From positions 3,292 to 67,291 of the forward strand of contig JADDQF010000064.1 in NCBI GenBank assembly GCA_016781505.1: a stretch of DNA of 64,000 nucleotides, in the 5' to 3' direction. Shown here piece after piece: positions 27,707-37,324 of the stretch. Position 1 is the stretch's first letter. Every line of letters starts with the position of its first letter. The stretch comes from a bacterium. GTDB taxonomy: Bacteria; Chloroflexota; Chloroflexia; Chloroflexales; Kallotenuaceae. The notes under the pieces are model-generated. The model was given only the letters and a program-made list of their open reading frames with translations. It was not told where the DNA came from and searched no databases. The position numbers and the translations under genes are program-made.

Positions 27707-29599
27707 CTATTGAGGTGCGCAGCCGGGGCGCGCCGCGAGCCAGGGTTGGAATTGCAGATTCACCCCGATCGCCACGCCGCGTCCCTGGGGATTCCGCTGG
27801 GCTTCAAGCGGACCTGATGGATCGCCCCACCAATTATTCGCAACGTTGAATGCCAGGGTTCCGGCTGCACCAAACCGTGCTTGGCCAACAAACGAGTTAG
27901 TGTCGATCGCCAGCTCAAAGCCGCCAAGATCCCGGCGCTGGGTGTTGAGCTGGAGCCCAATCGTGCCGCGTTCAAAGCTGTTGCAGCGGATGGTGCCCCG
28001 TAACGGCGCGGGGCTGTTGACGACGAGGCCGGGTCCGCCGTCGCCGACGATCTGGTTGCCCTCAAGCGCAAACACGCCCGGAGCATCCTCGCCGGCAAGC
28101 AGCAGCTGGGGCGCGCCCTGTGGGGTGGTGTTGCCACCAATGATATTGCCTGCAATGATGCTGCCATCCTGCTTGGGCAACACCACATGCACCGCGGGGC
28201 CAGGGATGGAATTGCCCGTGATCTGCGTGCCCCGCAGATCGATCACGCTGCCCAAGGAAACAATGCCGCCGCCGCTGTCGGTCAGGGTGGAATTGCGCAC
28301 AACTAAGGTGCCGCCACTGCTGCTGAGTGCCGTGCCATTGCGTCCGGCTTGGCTGAGCGCAACGCCGTCCAGCGCGACGGCGCTGCCCACCGTGCCGACC
28401 AGCCCATCCCAGCGGCCGTTTGGGCCAACCATCCGCACCGGTGTTGCCGCGTTCCCGCCTGCCCGTAGCGTTCCCGCGATGGTCAGACGTACGTCCGGTG
28501 CAAAGCGTACCTCCACGCCCGGATCGATCATCAGCACCGCGCCTTGCGCCACCAGCTGGTCTTCGCTCACCGTAATCGGACTGTTGGCGGCGGTCCAATG
28601 GATCGTCCCGCTGAGCACCTGGGCCGGACGTGGCGTTGGCGTCGGCGGTAACGGTGTTGCCGTTGGCGTGACCACTGTTGGCGCGGCAGGCGTCTCGTTC
28701 TGGGTCTCCGGCGTTGTCACCGGCGTCTGCTCTTGATCCGGATCAGCGGTTCCTGCGTCGTCCGAACCGGCCGTTCCTGCGTCGTCCGAACCGGCCGTTC
28801 CTGCGCCGTCCGAACCGGTTGTGCCTGCGTCGTCTGGCACGGGATAGCTTGCATCGTCTGCCGGTACCTCGCCCTGGGGTGGGCTGACCGGACTGACGGG
28901 ATTGTTAGGCTGTGGCGTTGCCGGCCGCGGAACTCTGACGGTTGGCACTGGTTGTTGCACGAGCGGCGCCGGATAGCCACCGCTCGCTGCCTGCGGTGGG
29001 GTAGGCGGAACGAGCTGATCGGGTGAAACGCCGCCGGCGCTGGTTGGCGGATTACCGACTGGCGGTGGCGCTAAGGGATCATTTTCGGTTGACGGCACTC
29101 CGCCGCTGGGCGGCTGTCCAACGCCTTGGGGTTGGCTGCCTTCAATCGGATAGCCTTCGTCCGGAGGCTGGGCTTCGGCTATGGTATCTGTTGCCGTGAT
29201 GCCGGCGGTATCGGTAATCCCATCCGTGGAACCGATCATCGCCGCCGGATCGGGCGTTGCCAGCGTCGGCACCACACTCGGCGACGGATACCCGGCGTCG
29301 GCGGTTCCAGTGGGGGTTGCGCCGGTGCTCGTGATCTCGGGAACCAGCGCAAGACTGGTCGCTGTGTCGTCGACCAGCACGATTTCACCCGGTGAATCGG
29401 GCCCTAGCGCGCTCAAGCCGAGCGTCACGGCCAAAATAAGCACCGCAATAATCGGTACCAATACTTCGCCGCGCAGCCCTACCCGCCGCACATGTGCTAC
29501 TTGCGCGCCAAGCGTGCGGATATCCCGCAGCCGCTTGGTACGCTCACGAAGCTCGTCGATGCGCACGCGCGCCGGATCAAATCGTTGTCGCCAGCCCAT
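27707..29599 (-). CDS. Type II membrane protein with Pro/Thr/Gly-rich spacer and C-terminal right-handed parallel beta-helix repeats
   Basis: 630 aa. Cytoplasmic basic N-terminus, TM helix VLVPIIAVLILAVTLGLSAL, low-complexity region containing 8-aa repeats. C-terminal region is periodic and rich in Gly and Asn (NSTLTDSGGGIVSLGS..., GNIIGGN..., IRCNSFERG), pectate-lyase-fold-like. Confidence 0.65.
   Translation of the reverse strand: MGWRQRFDPARVRIDELRERTKRLRDIRTLGAQVAHVRRVGLRGEVLVPIIAVLILAVTLGLSALGPDSPGEIVLVDDTATSLALVPEITSTGATPTGTADAGYPSPSVVPTLATPDPAAMIGSTDGITDTAGITATDTIAEAQPPDEGYPIEGSQPQGVGQPPSGGVPSTENDPLAPPPVGNPPTSAGGVSPDQLVPPTPPQAASGGYPAPLVQQPVPTVRVPRPATPQPNNPVSPVSPPQGEVPADDASYPVPDDAGTTGSDGAGTAGSDDAGTAGSDDAGTADPDQEQTPVTTPETQNETPAAPTVVTPTATPLPPTPTPRPAQVLSGTIHWTAANSPITVSEDQLVAQGAVLMIDPGVEVRFAPDVRLTIAGTLRAGGNAATPVRMVGPNGRWDGLVGTVGSAVALDGVALSQAGRNGTALSSSGGTLVVRNSTLTDSGGGIVSLGSVIDLRGTQITGNSIPGPAVHVVLPKQDGSIIAGNIIGGNTTPQGAPQLLLAGEDAPGVFALEGNQIVGDGGPGLVVNSPAPLRGTIRCNSFERGTIGLQLNTQRRDLGGFELAIDTNSFVGQARFGAAGTLAFNVANNWWGDPSGPLEAQRNPQGRGVAIGVNLQFQPWLAARPGCAPQ
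28749..28834. repeat. 24-bp in-frame tandem repeat, 3.5 units, inside the beta-helix protein gene
   Basis: Unit GTTCCTGCGTCGTCCGAACCGGCC repeated at 28749, 28773 and 28797 (third unit has 3 changes), plus a partial fourth. It encodes (D/G)AGTAGSD repeats on the minus strand. Confidence 0.9.
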
Positions 29600-29846
29600 A
29601 TGGCGCTCATGCTACCATGCAAAGAAGGGCTTCGCAACGCCCTGCAGGTGATAAAACTGTGACAACTAACCGCCATGGTACCGTAAGTTGGAGCACCTTC
29701 CATGGGCTTGGTTTGCAAGGAACGGCCGGCATTGGCTAGCCGCTCCTTGCAACCTTGCTGCGCTCGTGGCTCGTCTGCCTGGGCGCGTGCGTGTGTTTTA
29801 GGCTAGGCCGAGCTTTGAAAAGGCCTAGCTCGTGCCCAGGAGCGCG

Positions 29847-29876
29847 TCGACACTGTTTTGCCCGCTGTGCTACAAT
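29847..29876 (+). promoter_or_regulatory. Candidate sigma-70 promoter TCGACA-N18-TACAAT for glpX
   Basis: Hexamers at 29847-29852 and 29871-29876, about 45 nt upstream of the ATG at 29920. Confidence 0.3.
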
Positions 29877-29919
29877 CGCACCTCCGATCACCCTTCCGGA
29901 TCAGCTACAAGGAGGTAGC

Positions 29920-30912
29920 ATGAAGATTGAGCGCAACATTGGCTTCGAGCTCGTACGTACCACCGAGGCGGCCGCGCTGCGGGCAGGTCGGTGGATGGGC
30001 CGTGGCGATAAACATGGGGCCGACCAAGCGGCGGTCGATGCGATGCGCTACGCACTGGACAGCGTTGACATGGACGGTGTGGTCGTAATCGGCGAAGGCG
30101 AGAAGGACGAGGCGCCCATGCTCTATGTCGGCGAGCAGCTGGGCAACGGCTCGCCGCCGCACGTCGATATCGCCGTCGACCCGGTGGAAGGCACCACCTT
30201 GTTGGCGGAAGGCATGCCCGGCGCGATCGCGGTTGTGGCGATTGCCGAACGTGGCTCGCTCTTTGCTACGCCCGGCATCATGTATATGGAGAAGATCGCG
30301 GTCGGCGAGGCAGCAGCCGACGCGATCAACATCGGCGCATCCGTCGAGACGAACATTACCAATGTAGCCCGGGCGCTCAAAAAGGACGTGGACGATGTCA
30401 CCGTGGTGGTGCTGGACCGGCCGCGTCACAAGGATTTGATCCAGCAAATTCGGGATACCGGGGCTCGCATCAAAATGATCCTGCATGGCGACGTAGCCGC
30501 AGGGGTGATGACCACGGTTGAGCACGCGCCGGCCGATATCTTGATGGGCATTGGGGGTGCGCCCGAAGCCGTTGTCACTGCCTGCGCCTTGAAGTGCATG
30601 GGCGGCGCGATCCAGTGTCGGCTGTGGCCGCGTAACGAGCAAGAGCGCCGGCTGGTGGTCGAACAGCAGATCGACGTGACGCGCGTGTATGCCACCGGGG
30701 ATTTGTGCCAGGGCGAGGATGTGCATTTTGCGGCAACCGGCATCACCAGCGGAGAATTTTTGCGCGGCGTGCAGTATTTCGGCTGGGGCGCCACCACGCA
30801 TTCCATCGTGATGCGTTCCCGCAGTGGCACGTACCGCTTTATCGAAGCAAGTCACCGCTGGGATAAGCTGATGCGGATCTCGAACTTGCCCTTCGACCGC
30901 CGCGCCCCCTAG
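29920..30912 (+). CDS. glpX: Class II fructose-1,6-bisphosphatase (GlpX type)
   Basis: Trimmed to MKIERNIGFELVRTTEAAALRAGRWMGRGDKHGADQAAVDAMR (SD AAGGAGG). DIAVDPVEGT and the GlpX family pattern run throughout. Confidence 0.9.
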   Translation: MKIERNIGFELVRTTEAAALRAGRWMGRGDKHGADQAAVDAMRYALDSVDMDGVVVIGEGEKDEAPMLYVGEQLGNGSPPHVDIAVDPVEGTTLLAEGMPGAIAVVAIAERGSLFATPGIMYMEKIAVGEAAADAINIGASVETNITNVARALKKDVDDVTVVVLDRPRHKDLIQQIRDTGARIKMILHGDVAAGVMTTVEHAPADILMGIGGAPEAVVTACALKCMGGAIQCRLWPRNEQERRLVVEQQIDVTRVYATGDLCQGEDVHFAATGITSGEFLRGVQYFGWGATTHSIVMRSRSGTYRFIEASHRWDKLMRISNLPFDRRAP

Positions 30913-31330
30913 CGCCGATACTGCCGCCGCGCAGCCCCAAACTGGTGCTTGCAATGCAGCAGAAACCTGTTATACTTCTTCTTGAGATTGTAGGGCAATT
31001 TGTGTGTTCCTCTGGAAACCCCAGCGGTGTTCGTGGTGCTAACCGCAAGGTATCCCCTGATTGTGTGGTGTGTTGCTGTTAAATACGTACACCAGAATAC
31101 AATGTGGTCGTCACCCAAGAGTTTGAAATAGTTGATCTTACCCCCGCTACTGAGCTAGTTTAGGACGTAACGCTCCGCCATCAACCGGATCGTTTCGGTT
31201 GCCTGCTGCACATAAGTGATTCCTGAGAGTTATTACGTAGTCCGATGTTGGGACGAGATGCAGTGCATGCGGAGCGGAAACCATTGCGCAAGCAGCGGGT
31301 GGGTTTGGTAATGTCTTTTTTCAGTCATCC

Positions 31331-32593
31331 ATGGAGGAAATGGAAGTGAATATTGCGGAACTTGAAGTAAGACCGCTGAGTGACTTACATGATATGGCGC
31401 GTGAGCTAGAAATTCCGAGCTATCTGCGCCTGCGCAAGCAAGATCTGATCATGAAGCTGATGCATGCGCAAACCGAGCAGCAAGGCAATACCTTTAGCTC
31501 CGGCATTCTGGATATCGTCTCCGATGGCTTTGGCTTTTTGCGCAGCGACCGGATGCTGCCGGGGCCGGACGATGTGTATGTGTCGCAATCCCAGATCCGG
31601 CGCTTCGGCCTGCGGACTGGAGACCGGGTCGCCGGCCAGGTACGACCACCCAAAGAAAATGAGCGCTACTTCAGCTTGCTGCGGGTTGAGCTGATCAACG
31701 GCATCGATCCCGAAACGGCGCGCAATCGGCCTCACTTCGACCAGCTCACGCCGATCTTTCCGAATGAGCAGCTGAAGCTCTCGACCGAGCCGCATGTGGT
31801 TGCTACCCGGCTGGTCGATCTGGTGTCGCCGATTGGGCGTGGGCAGCGCGGCTTGATCGTTTCGCCGCCCAAGGCCGGCAAGACATTGCTGATGAAGGCG
31901 ATCGCCAACGGCATCACCACCAATCATCCCGACGTCCATTTGATGGTGCTGCTGGTCGGGGAGCGGCCGGAAGAAGTCACCGACATGCGCCGCTCGGTCA
32001 AGGGTGAGGTGATCTCATCAACCTTTGACGAGTCGGTGGAAGACCAGACCAAAGTGACCGAAATGACCCTGGAGCGGGCCAAACGGCTCGTCGAGGGTGG
32101 TCAGGATGTCGTGATCTTGATGGACTCGATTACCCGTGTTGCCCGCGCCTACAACCTGGACATGCCGCCGTCCGGCCGTACGCTCTCCGGTGGTATCGAT
32201 CCGGTGGCGCTGTATCCGCCCAAGCGCTTCTTTGGCGCGGCCCGCAACATCGAGCATGGCGGCTCGCTGACGATCATCGCAACCTGTCTCGTGGAAACCG
32301 GCAGCCGCATGGACGACGTGATCTATGAAGAGTTCAAGGGCACGGGTAACTCGGAGCTGATGCTTGAGCGGCGGCTGGCCGAGAAGCGCATCTATCCAGC
32401 CATCGACATCACCCGCTCCAGCACCCGCCGTGAAGAGCTGTTGCTCGGGGCCGAGCTGATGCGCCAGGTATGGACGATGCGGCGAATGGTCAGCATGCTC
32501 AACGATAACGAAGGGACCGAGCTGGTGCTGACCCGTTTGGCCAAGACGCGCTCCAACGACGAGTTCCTGGCAACGCTCGGTCGCAACATGTAA
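31331..32593 (+). CDS. rho: Transcription termination factor Rho
   Basis: 420 aa. N-terminal RNA-binding region GFGFLR, Walker A SPPKAGKT, and the Q/R-loop region. Highly conserved pattern throughout. Confidence 0.95.
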   Translation: MEEMEVNIAELEVRPLSDLHDMARELEIPSYLRLRKQDLIMKLMHAQTEQQGNTFSSGILDIVSDGFGFLRSDRMLPGPDDVYVSQSQIRRFGLRTGDRVAGQVRPPKENERYFSLLRVELINGIDPETARNRPHFDQLTPIFPNEQLKLSTEPHVVATRLVDLVSPIGRGQRGLIVSPPKAGKTLLMKAIANGITTNHPDVHLMVLLVGERPEEVTDMRRSVKGEVISSTFDESVEDQTKVTEMTLERAKRLVEGGQDVVILMDSITRVARAYNLDMPPSGRTLSGGIDPVALYPPKRFFGAARNIEHGGSLTIIATCLVETGSRMDDVIYEEFKGTGNSELMLERRLAEKRIYPAIDITRSSTRREELLLGAELMRQVWTMRRMVSMLNDNEGTELVLTRLAKTRSNDEFLATLGRNM

Positions 32594-32624
32594 GGTCGGA
32601 TTGAGTCTGAACCGGTAAAACAGC

Positions 32625-32667
32625 GGCGCAGGGAAGTTTTCCGTACTTCCCTGCGCCGTTTGCATTT
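32625..32667. terminator. Bidirectional intrinsic terminator between convergent rho and the ParB-like gene
   Basis: 13-bp stem GGCGCAGGGAAGT / ACTTCCCTGCGCC. It is followed by GTTTGCATTT on the plus strand and GCTGTTTTAC on the minus strand. Confidence 0.7.
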
Positions 32668-32685
32668 AAGCCAGCTCTGGCGGCT

Positions 32686-33747
32686 TTATTCCACCTCAAC
32701 CTCTTCGCCGACCAAGCCTTCCAGCGCCTGGGTTAGGGAACGCAGCTGCTTCAACAACAGCCGCAGCTTGAACGACGCGCCCTCATCTTTCTGCACCCAC
32801 TTCTGCAGGTCGCCCTCGTGGTAGGCGCGCGCCAACCGATCCGCCTCGTCGACCATCTGGTCAAGCGAACGAATGCGAAAAACGCGCGCCTTGTTCTTGG
32901 ATGGGTTGTCGTCCTCGCTCCCAAAGGCGGCAAATTGGTCTACAGGGCTTCCGTCATCGGACGCTTCGGGCTCGTCCGCCCAAAAATCGTCGTCTGGCCC
33001 TTCAGCAGTTGCCGCAGCGCCGCCTTTTGCCAGCGGTCCGCCGCTTTCGGCGGGAGTGGATGCGTTGGTGCGCAGCTCCATGTTGTTGGCCAGCGCCTGC
33101 ATCGCGGCGTCGACGGTGAGGTTCGGGTTGGCCGCGAAGTAGTTGGCCAAGCTGCTGACTTCGCCCGCCGACAAGCCTTCGTCCACGATCATCTGCGCCA
33201 GCTCGATCTGCGTTTTGGGGTTCGCGATCCGCCGCAGATGCTGCGCCTGCGTCACGCTCAGCTCGCCGTCGCGCAAAAACTGCTGAATTTCAAGCGGCAG
33301 ATCCAGCAGCCCGAGGTAGCGCCGCACCGTCCGCGGCGCCATGCCCACCGCTTTGCCGACCCGCTCGTCCAGCTCGCCCTCAGCAATCGGGCCGGCGGCA
33401 TCGGCCACAAAGCGGTCGCGCAGGCGCTTGAATGAGCGTGCCTTTTCAAGGTCGTTCAAGTCTTGGCGCTGCACATTCTCGATCAGTTGCTGCAGCAGCA
33501 GATCGGTGTCGCCGCGGTCCAGCACAATACAGGGCACCCGATCCAGGCCAAGCTGCAGCGCCGCCCGCTGCCGTCGCCCGCCGTACACGACCTGGTACCG
33601 CTCGCGGCCCAGCGCGATCACGCCCAGTGGTTGGAGCAGACCTTGCTCGCGGATTGTTTCAGCCAAACCATCAATATCGCCGGCATCTTCCCGCACGCCC
33701 TCGGGATCGAGCTCAAGCTGTTGCGGATCGAGATACAGCAGTTGCAT
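32686..33747 (-). CDS. ParB/Spo0J-family N-terminal domain protein (orphan; no adjacent ParA)
   Basis: Trimmed to MQLLYLDPQQLELDP. ParB box region LLQPLGVI...YQVVYGGRRQRAALQLG (GxRRxRA arginine patch). HTH VGKAVGMAPRTVRRYLGLL. Acidic disordered linker and helical C-terminus. Confidence 0.8.
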   Translation of the reverse strand: MQLLYLDPQQLELDPEGVREDAGDIDGLAETIREQGLLQPLGVIALGRERYQVVYGGRRQRAALQLGLDRVPCIVLDRGDTDLLLQQLIENVQRQDLNDLEKARSFKRLRDRFVADAAGPIAEGELDERVGKAVGMAPRTVRRYLGLLDLPLEIQQFLRDGELSVTQAQHLRRIANPKTQIELAQMIVDEGLSAGEVSSLANYFAANPNLTVDAAMQALANNMELRTNASTPAESGGPLAKGGAAATAEGPDDDFWADEPEASDDGSPVDQFAAFGSEDDNPSKNKARVFRIRSLDQMVDEADRLARAYHEGDLQKWVQKDEGASFKLRLLLKQLRSLTQALEGLVGEEVEVE

Positions 33748-33897
33748 ATGGTCGTCCTTGTTTTCGATACAAATGTGCGGAAAAGTATAGCATATCGTCG
33801 GTCCAGGCCTGCGCCCGCCGCTGCGCCAATCCTGTTGGCTACTGGCACATCTGTTGCAGCGCAAAGGTTAGTGGACGTAACATAGGAGGTCTTTTTC

Positions 33898-34263
33898 ATG
33901 CAGCACGATGACACAGGGAGCGGTAAGCAGGCATCCTACAGCGAGCAAGCCGCGCGCACCAATGCCGACACCAATGCTCAATCCCCTCAGCCGCATGGCT
34001 CGCAGCTCGACTCGGGCTTTACCACCAACGTTAATTTTGAAAATCCGGGTGCGCCGGGCGGCGCCGGTATGTTGCCGTCGGCCGGCGATGTTGGCGCATT
34101 AGATCCCGGCGGTGGCGGCGATATTGGCGGCGAGGATTTGGCGCATCTGCGCGGCGAGACGACCGACTTCCCGGCTACTCAACAAGCGCGACACGAGGGC
34201 GCGACGCCCGCCAAAGCGGATAGCGAAGATTCCGTCGGCGGTGGCAGCTCGACCACCTGGTAA
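33898..34263 (+). CDS. Hypothetical low-complexity (Gly/Asp/Ala-rich, probably disordered) protein
   Basis: 121 aa. Good SD AGGAGG 8 nt upstream. No recognisable domain. Confidence 0.4.
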   Translation: MQHDDTGSGKQASYSEQAARTNADTNAQSPQPHGSQLDSGFTTNVNFENPGAPGGAGMLPSAGDVGALDPGGGGDIGGEDLAHLRGETTDFPATQQARHEGATPAKADSEDSVGGGSSTTW

Positions 34264-34362
34264 TGAGCGGGCGCATGTCTGACGGTGATCGCAAGCGGTG
34301 CGGAGGTGTTTGCCCATCGCTTTTCGTTGCGACCGCACGGAGATTGATTGCGGTACATGGAA

Positions 34363-34395
34363 ACGGGCGCCGTCCATAACACGGAGCGCGCCCGT
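34363..34395 (-). terminator. Possible terminator hairpin downstream of fabI
   Basis: ACGGGCGCCGT ... ACGGaGCGCGCCCGT, an imperfect stem. The U-tract on the minus strand (TTCCAT) is weak. Confidence 0.35.
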
Positions 34396-34414
34396 CTTCG
34401 TGTGTGCGGTAGTT

Positions 34415-35197
34415 TTATGCGCCGCCCGGGACCATGGCCATGATGTTGGCTCCCGCATCCACATACACGATCTCGCCGGTGACGCCGCTGGCCAGGTCGG
34501 AGCAGAGCCAGATCGCCGTGTTGCCCACATCTTCGATGGTAACTTTGCGGCGAAGCGGCGCCGTTTCCTGCTGCGCCTTGATCATGTCGCGAATGCCGGA
34601 GACCGCGCTGGCCGCCAGCGTCCGGATCGGCCCCGCGCTGATCGCATTGACCCGAATGCCGCGCGGTCCCAGGTCGGCCGCGAGGTAGCGCACGGACGCT
34701 TCCAGCGCCGCTTTGGCAACGCCCTGGACGTTGTAGTTGGGAACGACCTGCTGCGAGCCGTGGTAGGTCATGGTCAGGATCGAGGCGGTGGGACTCAGGA
34801 AGGGATCGGCAGCCTTGATCAACGCCGTCAGCGAGTAGGCGCTGATGTCGAGCGCCAGCCGAAAGCCTTCCCGGCTGGTGTTAAGGTAGGAGCCGCGCAG
34901 CTCGTCGGTTTTGGCGAAGGCGGCCGAATGCACCAGCATGTCGATCTGGCCAAAAGCGCTGCCCACCTGCTGCAACGCCTCCGCGATTTGCTCGTCGCTG
35001 CCCAGATCGCACGGCACGATCAGCTGTGAGCCCAAACTCTCGGCCAGTGGTCGTACCCGGCGTTCCAGCTGCTCGCCCAGATAGGTAAAGGCGAGGTTGG
35101 CGCCTTCGCGATGGAGCGCCTGCGCAATGCCCCATGCAATTGAATGGTCGTTAGCCACGCCCACGATCAGTCCCTTTTTTCCATCGAGCAGTCCCAT
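34415..35197 (-). CDS. fabI: Enoyl-[acyl-carrier-protein] reductase (NADH), FabI
   Basis: Trimmed to MGLLDGKKGLIVGVANDHSIAWGIAQAL (SD AAAGGAG). SDR-type Y-x6-K region MTYHGSQQVVPNYNVQGVAKAALE. Confidence 0.9.
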   Translation of the reverse strand: MGLLDGKKGLIVGVANDHSIAWGIAQALHREGANLAFTYLGEQLERRVRPLAESLGSQLIVPCDLGSDEQIAEALQQVGSAFGQIDMLVHSAAFAKTDELRGSYLNTSREGFRLALDISAYSLTALIKAADPFLSPTASILTMTYHGSQQVVPNYNVQGVAKAALEASVRYLAADLGPRGIRVNAISAGPIRTLAASAVSGIRDMIKAQQETAPLRRKVTIEDVGNTAIWLCSDLASGVTGEIVYVDAGANIMAMVPGGA

Positions 35198-35290
35198 GGT
35201 GGGCTCCTTTGTTGCACATGTTAGCGCCGCTATCATAGCCGACAGGGCATGATCCAACAAGCGAATGTACGCTGCCGGTTCGCGCCAACA

Positions 35291-35764
35291 TTAAGCGCCG
35301 TTGGACCACTCATTGTCGGGCTGTCGCAGGAGCTGCCGCCACAGGTAGCCGTCGAAGCCGAGCAGAAAAACGCCCTGAATGGCAATCCCGAGCCCTGTTC
35401 CGCGCCGGCTCGCTCGCTTGCCGGCCGTTTGTGCCAACCACAGGCCGCCAAGGACATACAGCACATCCAGGCCGGTGTTGACGGCGATGATCGTCCGAAA
35501 GCGTTTGACCTCCTCGGCAATCGGTCGCCGCTTGGCTGCCTCGGCTTCGCTCTCGTTCTGACGTGACCGTGCGCTGCGTCGGCCGTTCCAGGCTAGCACG
35601 GCATCAATCGCGCCCCATGCCACGGCCTGAATTCCGATCTGTCGCACCGTTGGCTGTGCATCGGTTGCCAGCCCGGCCCCAACAACGACGCTGCCGACGC
35701 CCCAGCCTAGCAGCCAGCCAAGCATGCGGTGTTGCCAGGGGAAGAATGTATCAGATCTAACCAT
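35291..35764 (-). CDS. Hypothetical four-TM membrane protein
   Basis: Start chosen at MVRSDTFFPW (GGAG 7 nt upstream); the track ORF extends to 35791. Hydrophobic helices LGWLLGWGVGSVVVGAGL, AVAWGAIDAVLAW, IIAVNTGLDVLYVLGGLWLA and GIAIQGVFLLGFDGYLW. Confidence 0.5.
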   Translation of the reverse strand: MVRSDTFFPWQHRMLGWLLGWGVGSVVVGAGLATDAQPTVRQIGIQAVAWGAIDAVLAWNGRRSARSRQNESEAEAAKRRPIAEEVKRFRTIIAVNTGLDVLYVLGGLWLAQTAGKRASRRGTGLGIAIQGVFLLGFDGYLWRQLLRQPDNEWSNGA

Positions 35765-36132
35765 GTGTTGCTCCTGGGTCATCCTTATCATACCTAGAAC
35801 CGCTCAATTCTTTGTCGCAAGATAGACGTACCTGGTATCCTCCTTGCCGGGCTTACAAGACTATCTAAATGACCATAATCCGGCTTGTCGGGCGAGCTGC
35901 TTAGTGATACACTTCACGTCCTGTCCTGCCGCTGGAGCTATAATTCACGTCTGCTTAATTAATCCTTAGCCGCTTTCAACCACAATGCCTTTGCAGTTGA
36001 GTCCCGTTGAGTGTTAAGTATGCAATGGTCTCGGTTGTGTCCGCAGGACGTCCCGTTTGTCCCGGACAACTACAATGGTATCCTCGCGTTCTGTGGTGTT
36101 GTCGGTCGCAAATAGTCGCACCGCTGTATTCT

Positions 36133-36834
36133 ATGAAAGGTTCAACGATGTTGCCAGTGTTGCGTGTCATGTTCCTGCTCGGCCTTTTCGTCGCGTTACT
36201 GCCTGCGTCCACGGCGGCTCGCGCCGCGAAGCGCTGTTTTCCCGAGACAAAACAATGTATTGATGGGCGCTTCGAAGAGTTTTGGACCCAGAACGGCGGC
36301 CTGCCTGTCTTTGGCTTTGCCATTACGGCTCAAGCAAACGAGACCAATCGTGACACTGGCAAGAAAATCCCGACCCAGTGGATGGAGCGTAACCGCTTCG
36401 AATCCCATCCCGAAAACAAGGCGCCCTACGACGTGCTCCTCGGCCGTCTAGGCGATGACCGCCTCCGTCAACTTGGCCGCGATTGGCAGAAGGAGCCGCG
36501 CGAGTCTGGGCAGAAGGCTGGCTGCTTGTGGTTCGAGCAGACCGGCCACAACGTCTGCAATCAATCCGGATCCATTGGCTTTCGTACCTACTGGGAGACG
36601 CATGGTCTGGAGTTCGACGGTCAGCCGGGTACGTCATACGCTGAGAGCCTGGCACTTTTTGGCCTCCCGCTGACCGAGCCTAAGGTGGAGCTGAACACGA
36701 GCCGAGACCGTGTAGTGACCCAGTGGTTCGAGCGCGCGCGCTTCGAGTACCATCCCAACAAGCCAGCCGAGTTCAAGGTATTGCTGGGGTTGCTCGGCAA
36801 CGAGGTGCGCTTCAAGTGGGCTGCGCCGCGCTAA
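36133..36834 (+). CDS. Secreted protein with two copies of an internal repeat (FW-x3-GGL-x-FG ... QWFER-RFE-HP ... LLG-LG)
   Basis: Trimmed to MKGSTMLPVLRVMFLLGLFVALLPASTAARA (signal peptide). The two repeat copies were aligned by eye. The repeat resembles LGFP-type wall-associated repeats; this was not verified. Confidence 0.65.
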   Translation: MKGSTMLPVLRVMFLLGLFVALLPASTAARAAKRCFPETKQCIDGRFEEFWTQNGGLPVFGFAITAQANETNRDTGKKIPTQWMERNRFESHPENKAPYDVLLGRLGDDRLRQLGRDWQKEPRESGQKAGCLWFEQTGHNVCNQSGSIGFRTYWETHGLEFDGQPGTSYAESLALFGLPLTEPKVELNTSRDRVVTQWFERARFEYHPNKPAEFKVLLGLLGNEVRFKWAAPR

Positions 36835-36945
36835 GTTGGCCCACTCTCTGTTTGAAATGCGCGGTGTTGGTCTACATCTATCCAAAGCAGCACCGCGTCG
36901 CCACAATTAGTTACACGTCGTAGCGGAGTATTGACCCTATACTCC

Positions 36946-36974
36946 TTGATTGATGGTCTTTCGATTGCTACAAT
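36946..36974 (+). promoter_or_regulatory. Candidate sigma-70 promoter TTGATT-N17-TACAAT about 350 nt upstream of the first tadE-like gene
   Basis: Hexamers at 36946-36951 and 36969-36974 in an AT-rich intergenic region. Confidence 0.3.
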
Positions 36975-37324
36975 ACGCAAGATTCATCGTGGAGAGAAAT
37001 GTTCGTTGTAGGGCTTTTGTCTTCAGCCCCTGCTGCTCAGATTAGTCGTCATTCATCATAATTCGCCAGTTTACCTTTGCCACAGCGGGCAAATACAGTA
37101 CTGTTGTTCCCTGATCAATGGCCGTTATGCTCCCGCATGACGCGACAATGAGTTGACTTAGCTGTTTCACAGCTGCTGTCATGTTGTTCAGCGAACATCA
37201 CACGGCATGAGATCGTCGGTATGCATGATAGCCATAAAGTCCAAAATGGATTCAAACCCATACCTTGCAGGGACCATCAGCGTTTATACGCTTGAATGCT
37301 CGCTTCGACGCCTATAGGAATCAT

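Noticed and set aside
28749-28834. Short tandem repeats, considered as a CRISPR-like array.
   Set aside because: The units are directly adjacent with no spacers. They lie inside a long ORF and encode an 8-aa peptide repeat.
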